This document shows positions 1 through 9,244 of a stretch of DNA of 64,000 bases, piece by piece. The translations under genes and the position numbers were made by a program. Under the pieces are notes generated by a model. It saw nothing but the letters and a program-made list of their open reading frames with translations. It was not told where the DNA came from and made no database searches. Source of the DNA: a virus; IMG/VR virus record IMGVR_UViG_3300031992_000005, positions 160,001 to 224,000 of that record; one strand, given 5' to 3'. Every line of letters begins with the position of its first letter. Position 1 is the stretch's first letter.

Positions 1-120
1 GACGAACTTCTCGCCAGTGGATTTAATACGAGACAGACTGATGTAAGACCAGCAAACAGTATTAATACTGCTTTGCAACTTGTAGCTGTAATATTCCAAC
101 TTCAGAGTTTACAGCAATTT
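1..120 (+). CDS. nrdD: anaerobic ribonucleoside-triphosphate reductase NrdD, exon a (5' end outside window)
   Basis: Frame 1 is open from the window edge (...INTALQLVAVIFQLQSLQQFG). It continues as GVSASHLDWTLVPYVKKSF at 387 once 121..386 is removed. Confidence 0.75.
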
Positions 121-386
121 GGTAGGCAAAACTGCCTGTTAAGCCCTTTCCACTAATCAGTGGGGTATAGATGTAATCTATGCTAACGATGAAGCCTAAG
201 TGTTCAGTGATGCGACATAAGGTAATATCGTGGGAATGTAATTTAATAAAATTACAAGCCTGTATCGACTATCTGCGGATCGGCAGAGTAAGGCAACTAT
301 TGATACGTTGTTTGAAATGGGCTTTGCTAGATTTATTAAGTCTAGTTAAGATATAGTCAGTGCATATAGAAATATATGATAAAACG
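121..386 (+). mobile_element. group I intron, ORF-less (nrdD intron 1)
   Basis: The 5' exon ends in U. It has gtatcgactat (P7 5' strand) and aagatatagtcagtgc (classic S element GATATAGTC). The P9 hairpin is catata-gaaa-tatatg and the terminal G is at 386. Confidence 0.65.
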
Positions 387-658
387 GGTGTATCGGCATC
401 ACACCTCGATTGGACTCTTGTTCCATACGTTAAGAAATCGTTTTATAAGCATTTCAAGACAGGAGCAGAATTCATTGAAGGAGTAACAATTCCTATTGAG
501 GAATTTAACGATAAAATGTCGCTCGATGATGAGAAGTATAAGTCGAGCGGAAAAGTTTATACATTTGCTATTAAGCAGACAGAGAAAGAACTAAAGCAAG
601 CAGTGGAGGGAATGTATCATAATCTCAATACACTCCAATCACGTAGTGGGAACCAATT
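387..658 (+). CDS. nrdD: NrdD exon b
   Basis: Reads GVSASHLDWTLVPYVKKSF...MYHNLNTLQSRSGNQ(L). ORF 360..662 runs into a stop just past the junction. Confidence 0.75.
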
Positions 659-1830
659 ATAACTTGCTGATTATCAGCTAGTTACGAAAGTAGCGAAATA
701 TTGATTGGCTATGTAGAAATACATTGAAATAATCGGGGCAAAATCGGTGAACCCTAAATTTTAAATTGTAAAAATTAATTCATTTCACTTTAATAGAAAT
801 TATTATATGGGTAAAAGAGTAAAAATCACAGAAGAATTAAAAAAAGATATTATAAATTTTTATCGCAGTAAGCCAATGTCATTTCTTACAGTAAGCGAAA
901 AATACGGTTTATGTTTGCCAACAATAAGTAAGATTTTAAAAGACGAAGAAAGATACAAGAAAGCGTCTATTTTTAATCCAGACTTTGATGAAGCGTATTT
1001 TGAAAATATTGATACAGAAGCAAAGGCATACTTTTTTGGATTAATAATTGCTGACGGTAATGTTTTTATCGACGAAAAAAATAAAAAAGCGAATAGGCAA
1101 GCAGTTATATCAATAATGCTAAATTCAAGTGATGAATATATACTAGAGCGCTTTAAAAACGAGGTAAAAACAAATACTATTGTTGGACATGATGGTAGAG
1201 GGTGTTCACAAATAGCGGTTAGAAGTAATAAAATGTCAAAAGACTTGGAAAAATATGGTGTTGTGCCAAGAAAAAGTTTTATAACTTATTTACCACAAAT
1301 AGATAAAGAGTTAATGCCGCATTTAATAAGGGGCATAATGGATGGAGACGGCAGTATAAATGCCCATTTAATTAAAAGTGGTAGATTTTTACATTCGATT
1401 GCATTTTGTGGAACTCATAGATTAATGTCTGAAATATCTGATTTTATATATTCTAATGCGAATTTGAATACAAAACCCAAAGTGTATGATTATAAAACTA
1501 GAACACTTAGTGAAATTGCTGTAAGAGGTATCGATGATATGTTTAAACTTGGGGAATTTATTTATAACAATTCAACCATATACTTAAACAGAAAAAGAGA
1601 AACTTATAATATGTTTTTAGAACATTACAATTTTTAAAACAAGGGAATACCGAGGTAATTTCTGAGATTGCGAAAGGCTCAGAAATACCGTAGAGCGTAG
1701 GAGGTGAATAAATATAATCCTCCCAAGAGTGTCCCCCCTTAGCGAGTAAAGTCGAAGGTGAAAATGTACGCCGACCTTATGGGAAACCATAAGAACTATG
1801 GGATAAAAAGCCTGTAGGATAACATAAGTG
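659..1830 (+). mobile_element. group I-like intron carrying a LAGLIDADG homing endonuclease gene (nrdD intron 2)
   Basis: P1 is AAUU/GAUU with U.G at 658. The 3' module ctatgggataaaaagcctgtaggataacataagtg ends in G at 1830. The same 5' (ggggcaaaatcggtgaa) and 3' modules recur in two polA introns. Confidence 0.7.
807..1637 (+). CDS. LAGLIDADG-family homing endonuclease (intron-encoded)
   Basis: Two LAGLIDADG-type motifs, FFGLIIADGNV and LIRGIMDGDGSI. The ORF lies wholly inside the intron. Confidence 0.85.
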   Translation: MGKRVKITEELKKDIINFYRSKPMSFLTVSEKYGLCLPTISKILKDEERYKKASIFNPDFDEAYFENIDTEAKAYFFGLIIADGNVFIDEKNKKANRQAVISIMLNSSDEYILERFKNEVKTNTIVGHDGRGCSQIAVRSNKMSKDLEKYGVVPRKSFITYLPQIDKELMPHLIRGIMDGDGSINAHLIKSGRFLHSIAFCGTHRLMSEISDFIYSNANLNTKPKVYDYKTRTLSEIAVRGIDDMFKLGEFIYNNSTIYLNRKRETYNMFLEHYNF

Positions 1831-1951
1831 GCCATTTACATCTATCAATTACGGTACATGTACGTCCGTAGAAGGTAGAATGGTGATAAAAGCCTTGCTT
1901 GAAGGTTCGATTAATGGTGTGGGTAAATTTCATAGAACATCCATATTCCCT
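1831..1951 (+). CDS. nrdD: NrdD exon c
   Basis: Reads (L)PFTSINYGTCTSVEGRMVIKALLEGSINGVGKFHRTSIFP, containing the NrdD PF(S/T)SINYG block. It is absent from the ORF track because it is short. Confidence 0.75.
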
Positions 1952-2266
1952 AAAAGTACCATTGGGGAAATAAAACAAGGTGAACTGTCAGAGACAGGTG
2001 TGGAAGTAGAATATAGTAGGAAATGACTATTGAGATACTTTTGCTAACAGGGGAAATCTAAACTTTAAATTAAAGCACGACAATCCTGTGCCAAGTTCTT
2101 TTATAGAAAAGGTCAAACGACTATCCTATGACGTTATTTAACTGAGGAGTAGGTCTATAGCGATATAGTTCCGAAGTGCCTTGTACTACTGAAGAGTAGT
2201 AATGATATAGTCTAATCCGGCTTCCTAGTAAGCGTTAAAGTATTGCGAAAGCAACGGTATATAATG
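1952..2266 (+). mobile_element. group I intron, ORF-less (nrdD intron 3)
   Basis: P1 is UCCCU/GGGGA with U.G at 1951. It has aacgactatcctatgacg ... aatgatatagtctaatcc and terminal G at 2266. The core is nearly the same as polA intron 59638..59932. Confidence 0.7.
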
Positions 2267-2449
2267 TGTGGAATTTTCCAGTATATGAAGGGTGTTAATG
2301 ATAAGCCTGGAACGCCAAATTATGATATGTATAAACTTGCATTAGAGTCAACAGCAAAACGTTTGTATCCAAATTATGCGAACGTTGACTGGAGTGGGAA
2401 TGCTGGATATGATAGAAATGATCCAAAAACTTACTTCAGCACGATGGGT
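2267..2449 (+). CDS. nrdD: NrdD exon d
   Basis: Reads CGIFQYMKGVNDKPGTPNYDMYKLALESTAKRLYPNYANVDW...YFSTMG. The N-terminal MRKQRYIM of ORF 2243..2452 is intron read-through. Confidence 0.75.
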
Positions 2450-2703
2450 TAGTGTAAATGTAGCTCATCTAAAATCTCTTGAACCGTGCCAACGGGTGTC
2501 CAGAAATGGGCTAACTGCCAGGCCCTAAAGTTTTAGGGTGAAGCAGTGCTAAGCTTAGAAGAATTTCTAAGAAAGTGTATCGACTATTGGTGATGAATGT
2601 AGCCAAGTAGGGGAGGAGATAGGCACCTCTTCGAAGCGGGAGACTTCTCAGGAAAATGAGAAGAAGATATAGTCAGTGCCTTTGGTAACAAAGGGTTAAC
2701 ATG
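2450..2703 (+). mobile_element. group I intron, ORF-less (nrdD intron 4)
   Basis: P1 is AUGGGU/GCUCAU with U.G at 2449. It has gtatcgactat ... aagatatagtcagtgc, P9 cctttg-gtaa-caaagg and terminal G at 2703. Confidence 0.7.
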
Positions 2704-3642
2704 TGCAGAACTGCAAACGGTTTTGATATAAATGGTTTAGGTCAGTTAAAGGATGGTAGAGGAAATGTATGTCCAGTTACTATCATTATGCCGACCTTAG
2801 CGATGGAAGCCGACAGAGATGTAGAGAAGTTCATGCGTCTCTTAGGAAGAAAAATTGAAGAAGCAAAAGACATGTTAATTGAGAGATTCAACTGGATTTG
2901 TAGTCAAAGTCCAGAGTCTGCTAGATTTATGTATGAGAATAATACTATGGCGGGTTATGTTCCGTCAGAGGGTATTAGGTCTGCATTAAAGCATGGAACT
3001 CTCAGTTTAGGTCAGCTTGGCTTAGCAGAAACTCTCCAGTTATTGATTGGAACGGATCATACAACAGAGGAGGGTATGAAGTTAGCCAAGAGAATTGAGT
3101 CTCTTTTCAAGAAGAGATGTGCAGAATATAAAGAAAAGTATAAATTAAACTTTGGTGTATACTACACACCAGCCGAAAATCTCTGTTATACTGCATTGAA
3201 GAAATTCAGAACAAAATATGGAGTAATAAAGGATGTAAGTGATAAGGAATTTTTCACTAATTCCATCCATGTTCCTGTATGGAGAGATATGAACCCATTT
3301 GAGAAGATTGATATTGAATCTCAGCTCACGGGTTATTCTTCGGCGGGTTGTATTACTTATGTTGAACTCCCATCCACAGTATTAAATAATATTGAGGCTT
3401 TGGAGACGTTAGTGAATTATGCAATGGATAAGGATATTCCTTATTTTGCAGTTAATGTCCCAAATGATACTTGTATGGAATGTGGTCATACTGGTGAGTT
3501 CGATGTTTGTCCTGAATGTGGTTCAGATAATGTAAGTCAGTTAAAGCGAGTTACTGGCTACTTGAATCTAGATTACAGAACTTCTTTCAATGAAGGAAAG
3601 CAGGATGAAGTACGGTATAGAGTAAAACACATCAAAGGTTAG
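2704..3642 (+). CDS. nrdD: NrdD exon e (C-terminal part, glycyl-radical region)
   Basis: Reads CRTANGFD...GRGNVCPVTIIMPTLA. It has a C-terminal Zn ribbon CMECGHTGEFDVCPECG followed by KRVTGYL (glycyl radical motif RVxGY). Confidence 0.85.
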   Translation, partial: CRTANGFDINGLGQLKDGRGNVCPVTIIMPTLAMEADRDVEKFMRLLGRKIEEAKDMLIERFNWICSQSPESARFMYENNTMAGYVPSEGIRSALKHGTLSLGQLGLAETLQLLIGTDHTTEEGMKLAKRIESLFKKRCAEYKEKYKLNFGVYYTPAENLCYTALKKFRTKYGVIKDVSDKEFFTNSIHVPVWRDMNPFEKIDIESQLTGYSSAGCITYVELPSTVLNNIEALETLVNYAMDKDIPYFAVNVPNDTCMECGHTGEFDVCPECGSDNVSQLKRVTGYLNLDYRTSFNEGKQDEVRYRVKHIKG

Positions 3643-3645
3643 TTT

Positions 3646-4143
3646 ATGAGGTATATTAAAATAACAGGCCCTGATGTAGAAAATGGTCTAGGTTTTAGAA
3701 CTACGTTATGGATTTCTGGGTGTAAGTGCCATTGTGAGGGATGTCATAATCCTGAAACATGGTCCTTCACATTCGGAAAGGAGTTCACTGATGAATCTTA
3801 TCAGGAGCTAAAGGAAAATTTATCCAAGCCTTATATCAAGGGGCTAACTTTATCTGGTGGTAATCCAGTTGATTCCCCGGAAGATTTATTAAGTTTATTG
3901 AAAAGAGTAAGAGAGGATTTTGGTAATTCAAAGGACATTTGGCTTTATTCTGGCTATGTATTTGAAGATCTCCTAAAGGATCCTCTATGTAAAGAAATTT
4001 TAGGCTTAGTTGATATAGTGGTAGATGGTCCATTTATCCTAAGCAAAAGAAATACAGCGCTCCCCTTCAGAGGTTCAGAGAATCAAAGAATTATCTTGGT
4101 TCAAGAATCCCTGAAAGAGGGAAATATAATCCTAAAGCAATAA
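3646..4143 (+). CDS. nrdG: anaerobic ribonucleotide reductase activating protein (radical SAM)
   Basis: Has the CxxxCxxC cluster in GCKCHCEGCHNPETW. It starts 3 nt after the nrdD stop. Confidence 0.85.
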   Translation: MRYIKITGPDVENGLGFRTTLWISGCKCHCEGCHNPETWSFTFGKEFTDESYQELKENLSKPYIKGLTLSGGNPVDSPEDLLSLLKRVREDFGNSKDIWLYSGYVFEDLLKDPLCKEILGLVDIVVDGPFILSKRNTALPFRGSENQRIILVQESLKEGNIILKQ

Positions 4144-4493
4144 TAAATAATCCATTCCTCAGGAGAAAACTCTTGGGGAATGGCATCTGCTGAATGAAAA
4201 ATATTCATTTATATCAAAAAATATTCAAAAATAAGCAAGCTTTTTAAAATCACGTGATATTTATATATGAATACTAAGATAAATAATAAAAAAAAATAAG
4301 TGAACTTATGAAACATAAAAATATTAAAGTTGTTTCGATTGACACTGAAAATATGTTGTATACTTGTGACGATGGTAATGAATCCATTAATGGATGGGCT
4401 TGAAACATTGTCAATAGAAGAGTTACAGAAACACATAGATAGTGCAAAACAAGCAACACTTGATATAATTGAAAAAAAAATAGAAAGTAGGCT

Positions 4494-6134
4494 ATGATTA
4501 TACAGAGTAAGTATACAAAGATATTCCATTCAAAGGATTTAACTCGTCAGAAGTATGATGAGTTAAATGACTTTGCTGTGCTTATTCAAAACCATAAAAA
4601 CACCGTGTCACAATACGTTAATGATAACATTCTTCATTTCTTGGAATACAATAAGTTCCAATTCCTTAAGGTAATGAGAGAACGTTTCAAAGAAGTTATC
4701 CCAAGTTCATTTGATGCACAACTTTATACACAAGTGTTCACTTGTTATCAGAATAAATTCGATGCAATACAACGTAAACTTGTCTTTGAAATCGTTACAT
4801 TTAAAGGATTTGAGTTTTATAAACGTGATACCAAGAAACATAAGGAAGGTGACTTGAAAAAAGTAGTTTTTGATAAGAAACAAACACCATTATCTAACTG
4901 TCTTACTTATCTTGCGAGATACAGTAATGAGAATACAATAGACTACATCAATGACAATATAAGCAAGTGTGACGAGAAGAAACGTGAGTTCTATAACAAC
5001 ATACTAAGATGTTGTGATAAATTCGGATTTGAACGTCTCTACAATCTTGCTTTGTCAAAAAGAAAACGTGTTGTCAAGCATTATTCTGAATATCCTATTG
5101 AGTTCAAGTCATTAACGTTCAGTGGTAGGTGTAGGAAGACAAGGATAATAGACTACAACAGTAGGTTTGGTTCAGTAATCAATTCATTCGTAAGTCTCAG
5201 TGGAATTGGTAGGAAATCATTTGATGTACCAGTTACCTTTAATAAAGGTTGGCATGGAAGTATGAAGGATTACAGAAAGAAAAATAACGATTATGAATAC
5301 ACGCTTACATTTAATGAAAAGAATCACCAAGTGAATATTCATCTGTGTAAAGATGGAGAAAGGTATATACCACAAGTACATGGTGAAACAATAGGCATTG
5401 ATGTTAATTGCAAACATAATTTGTTCAGTTTGTCAGATGAAACCACTTATGACTATGATAGAAAACTTGTTAATGACTTCTGTAAACTATCTCTTGAAAT
5501 AGATAAATTGAAAGAAAAAGATAAAAAATATAAGGTTGGTAAACGTAAACAGCAGAAACTTGATACTCTCAAATCCAAAATGATTAAGTCTGAGCAGCAA
5601 CTTATTGCTAATATGTGTAAGGTATTACATTCACAAGGTGTGGGGCATATTGTAATGGAAGACCTTGATAATGGATTTGGCAAATGCTATGTTAAAGATA
5701 AGGATAATGAGAATATAAATTACAACAGAAAGGTTAAATTCCTTGGCTTGAGTAGTCTTAAACAAGAAGTTGAGCGTATTGCAAAGAAATATGATATTGC
5801 GGTTTCAACAGTTCAAGCAAGTTATACATCGAAGATGTGTCCTATGTGTGGATGTATTGAGGACGAAAACAGACCAAACCAAGAAACATTTGAATGTGTT
5901 GAATGTGGACATAAAGATAATGCAGACTTTAATGCTGCAAAGAACATAAGGAACAGAGTGCTTGTAATCGTGTTACGAGATTTGCTCTTAAAACAAAAGG
6001 ATAATGGTGCTTTTGAGCCTAAGAAACTTAAACGTGAGAAGGTAAAGGAGGTATTGTTATCGTTTCGAAGAAGCCTACAAAATGTAGGAAGTGAATGTAC
6101 AGAAAGTAGTGTGACTACTTTTGACTATGTTTAA
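4494..6134 (+). CDS. tnpB: TnpB-like (IS200/IS605 OrfB / Cas12-ancestor) RNA-guided endonuclease, no tnpA nearby
   Basis: RuvC-I is IGIDVN, RuvC-II is HIVMEDL, the Zn ribbon is CPMCG...CVECGH and RuvC-III is NADFNAAKNI. All catalytic positions are present. Confidence 0.85.
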   Translation: MIIQSKYTKIFHSKDLTRQKYDELNDFAVLIQNHKNTVSQYVNDNILHFLEYNKFQFLKVMRERFKEVIPSSFDAQLYTQVFTCYQNKFDAIQRKLVFEIVTFKGFEFYKRDTKKHKEGDLKKVVFDKKQTPLSNCLTYLARYSNENTIDYINDNISKCDEKKREFYNNILRCCDKFGFERLYNLALSKRKRVVKHYSEYPIEFKSLTFSGRCRKTRIIDYNSRFGSVINSFVSLSGIGRKSFDVPVTFNKGWHGSMKDYRKKNNDYEYTLTFNEKNHQVNIHLCKDGERYIPQVHGETIGIDVNCKHNLFSLSDETTYDYDRKLVNDFCKLSLEIDKLKEKDKKYKVGKRKQQKLDTLKSKMIKSEQQLIANMCKVLHSQGVGHIVMEDLDNGFGKCYVKDKDNENINYNRKVKFLGLSSLKQEVERIAKKYDIAVSTVQASYTSKMCPMCGCIEDENRPNQETFECVECGHKDNADFNAAKNIRNRVLVIVLRDLLLKQKDNGAFEPKKLKREKVKEVLLSFRRSLQNVGSECTESSVTTFDYV

Positions 6135-6164
6135 TTCTTCGGAATGGAGTAAATTAATAGTGAG

Positions 6165-6419
6165 ATGGAATTATACAAAGAAGATTTATTTGGTATAGGT
6201 ATTCCTGATAAAGATTCAGAAGATAATACCTTTTTTGCACTTGAGCATGGTTCTGGCACTTATGTAGCCAAAATTATTCTTAGAGAAGTTTTAAGGCTTT
6301 GGAATTATGAAATCAAGGAGGAGAAGGACATTGTTATGGATTCTCAATTCATGTTAGGTTGTTATACTAACATGCCTTGGTCTGTATTTAAAGATTTTCG
6401 CAAAAATTTTGTGAAATAA
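6165..6419 (+). CDS. hypothetical protein
   Basis: From the ORF track. It starts 30 nt after tnpB and could overlap the TnpB guide-RNA region. No motif recognised. Confidence 0.4.
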   Translation: MELYKEDLFGIGIPDKDSEDNTFFALEHGSGTYVAKIILREVLRLWNYEIKEEKDIVMDSQFMLGCYTNMPWSVFKDFRKNFVK

Positions 6420-6489
6420 TAGTAGGTTGTTGTTAATAATAGATTAATGAACCTATAAAATTACATTTAAGATGAAGTAAAGAATCGTT

Positions 6490-6870
6490 ATGACGGAGAA
6501 GCAGATAGATCTTTTAATAGATCTAAGAAATCAATGTATAGGAAGAGGTGTAATGTATTTAACCATTCCTGAGCAGAAGCCGGAGTCTATTAGTAGTAGT
6601 ACTAGTATTATTGCTTCTACTCCTAAGAATCCGTTCACAAAGGAAGAGGTAGACCTTCTTATTCAGATGTTATTGAAGACATTTGAATTTAAGGGAATTA
6701 TGAAAAAGGGTGATGAGCATTTTCTATGGTCGAGTATCCTAGGAGATCATGCAACAAATCCTTTTTACATATTCGAGTCTCCTGGTTATCGCATTGAACT
6801 GACAACAGTAGATAAGCGCTTTATAGCTGAATTAAGGGCAACTGTCGAGGAAACATCTTCCAAATCGTAA
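6490..6870 (+). CDS. hypothetical protein
   Basis: From the ORF track, tiling with same-strand neighbours. No motif recognised. Confidence 0.5.
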   Translation: MTEKQIDLLIDLRNQCIGRGVMYLTIPEQKPESISSSTSIIASTPKNPFTKEEVDLLIQMLLKTFEFKGIMKKGDEHFLWSSILGDHATNPFYIFESPGYRIELTTVDKRFIAELRATVEETSSKS

Positions 6871-6972
6871 AAACTCTGTTATGAGAACTTAAAACTCTTA
6901 CTTAAGATTAAACAAAAAGAGATTCAGGTCTCTGTTGAGTTAGATTATAACAATTAATTTTTTATATATTAT

Positions 6973-8103
6973 ATGTTTGATGATGAAGATTTTCTTCTAG
7001 ATGATGAAGATTCAGATTCGGGTTATATAGTAACCCCAGCGGATGAAGATGCTGAGGATGACAATGACGATGAGAATGGGTCGGAAGTTGAAGAAGAAGC
7101 CAAACCCACTAGAAAAAAGAAAGCAACTGAGGATGATTATGATAATCGAATGACTCATGATGAGTTAGCCCTTAGTAGTGCTTACGATGATATTCGGGCT
7201 GCTAGTAAGAATCCGGATAAGATTTCTGTGGGTGGTAAAATGTTTGATCAAAACATTATAGATGCGGTAAGAACTATTATTGGTTGTTCACCAGCTAATA
7301 CTTCTACTCACTTTATTGAGAAGATAACACTTGAATTCTTCCAATCTCAGGGTCATAATCGTATTCCATCCAGCGTATATACTCCAGATCAGCCATTACG
7401 TGGAAGTTCAATTGGTGAGGAATTTGGTGGTCAGGATGATAATGGTTTCAATGAGCAATATGCTAAAGAAGCCAGAGAGCAGATTGCGAGGTTTATAAAA
7501 TACTTGGCGGATAGAGATTTGAGTAAAGATTCTACTGTAAGTAGAAAAAGGAAGTTAAGACAGCTCCCTGCTTTTATCATTTTCCTATTCAGTTCTGGTA
7601 TGTACGACCTTCTCCTGAACTGTGAGACATTACCACCGGAGTATAAAACTCAGGTGAATAATGCTTTCAAGAGAATTCAGAAACAGAAATATGATATTGT
7701 TGAGGCATTGGCTAAGCGTTATGAAGAGCTAGGTAGGCAGGCTATAGCAGATAGAGTGAGAAAAATGGGTCTCACTTGGTTTGATAAGGAGCCAGCTGAA
7801 TTAACGGGGTTAAAGACTTTCAAAGATCTTGACCTAACCCATGAGGATATCATGGTATATCGTGAATTTAGACCTAGATATGTAAACGCTAGTAAAAATA
7901 TAACTCAGGAATTAATATCAGATATGATTGAAGTTGTCTTAGTCCCTGGCAAGATTTATGAAAAGCTAAAGGATAAGACTAGATTTGATGCTATCTCTGA
8001 TGTTAAGCAAGTCTACAAAGATTGGTCCGCTAATAATGCAGTGGATTCTGAGCTTGCCTCAAAAATTATCTGGAAAGATCCTAAATTAGTAAATAAACAA
8101 TAA
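6973..8103 (+). CDS. hypothetical protein with highly acidic N-terminus, immediately upstream of RNAP beta-prime gene
   Basis: A 376-aa ORF with an N-terminal D/E-rich run. Its stop is 2 nt before the beta-prime start. Confidence 0.6.
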   Translation: MFDDEDFLLDDEDSDSGYIVTPADEDAEDDNDDENGSEVEEEAKPTRKKKATEDDYDNRMTHDELALSSAYDDIRAASKNPDKISVGGKMFDQNIIDAVRTIIGCSPANTSTHFIEKITLEFFQSQGHNRIPSSVYTPDQPLRGSSIGEEFGGQDDNGFNEQYAKEAREQIARFIKYLADRDLSKDSTVSRKRKLRQLPAFIIFLFSSGMYDLLLNCETLPPEYKTQVNNAFKRIQKQKYDIVEALAKRYEELGRQAIADRVRKMGLTWFDKEPAELTGLKTFKDLDLTHEDIMVYREFRPRYVNASKNITQELISDMIEVVLVPGKIYEKLKDKTRFDAISDVKQVYKDWSANNAVDSELASKIIWKDPKLVNKQ

Positions 8104-8105
8104 AT

Positions 8106-9244
8106 ATGGCAGATGTAAATCTAGAATTATTAACAGACGAAGATATTATTGACTATACTAGATCAGATGGTCGTGATAGAATTGTTAATAATCATAGAGA
8201 CTTAAACTTAAGGTTTGATTACATAAAACCAGAAGGTGGTGGAGTGTATGATACTGAAATTTTTGGTTCCCCATATGAAGATAGATGTATTTGTGGTTAT
8301 ATTAGACAACCCTCGGCAGAGCCTTGTCCTAACTGCGGAGCACGTGTATATTCTATGGAAGAAGGCTTGAGACGTTTTGCCAGAGTTGAATTACCATTTT
8401 ATTATCTTAATGAACTTAGATTTAATATCTTTAAGGAATTTTTCGATAAGATATTTGAAGGGAGTACCATTAAGCTTGAATTTTTTGGTGATGACTTAAG
8501 GAGAAACGGTTATGCTGAAGGACGAAGTAAGAAAAAGCTTGGTATTAAAGTTTTTGATACTTGCCAGTTTGAGTATAATAAAGCTAAGAAGGAACTAACT
8601 ATTTCAGAGTTTATTACCGACGAATCCAAATGTTCCTACGAAGGTCTCATGAAGATTATTGAGGAAAATTTTCCTGAGAGTCTCATGGACTATAAACGGC
8701 TGATCAATAGATATTATCTTATACTACCAGCTATGATGAGAAGATTTAGTCTTGTCAAGGAAGGTACATCTACGAAGATGAATACTAACAAGCTGAGTAT
8801 ATGGTATTCTATTATAATTCGTCTCTGTTGTGTAGAAGATGATAAGAAAAATCCATCCAACTATAAAACAGTGATGGACATGTTTAAGACTCCTGGTGAG
8901 AGAGTAAGATATACTGCTCTCCTAAGAGCTCTTATTAATGTAGGTAAGAAACAGTCAACGGAGCTTCTAAATACTTCAAAGAAAAACTTATCACGAAAGG
9001 TTTATTCAGTTCGTGTAAAGAATTCTGCCAGAAGCCCTATTGTTCCAAGTACTACCTTGAAAGTAGATGAACTAGGTGTTCCTAGATATCTTGCTTATGA
9101 AATGTGTAGAGAGGGATTCATAAAATATCTTTGTGAAGAACTAAACTTTACTCCAGAACAAGCAAGAAAATCTACAAAAGATGAATCTGATAATCTTGAA
9201 CTGCAAAGACTCTTTAAGGAGTATGCAGAGAAAAGATACGTGCT
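8106..9244 (+). CDS. multisubunit RNA polymerase beta-prime-like subunit, exon 1
   Basis: N-terminal Zn motif CICGY...CPNCG. It ends ...KRYVL, and YVL|VTRQPVLH is restored after splicing (cf. LNRAPTLH). Confidence 0.8.

Noticed and set aside
1617-1978. Minus-strand ORFs 1617..1835 and 1796..1978
   Set aside because: They lie antisense to nrdD intron 2 and to NrdD exon c, whose + strand translation (PFTSINYGTCTSVEGRM...) is unmistakable.
4209-4529. Minus-strand ORFs 4209..4529 and 4274..4459 upstream of tnpB
   Set aside because: They are low-complexity translations of an AT-rich spacer, antisense to the block orientation and overlapping the tnpB start.
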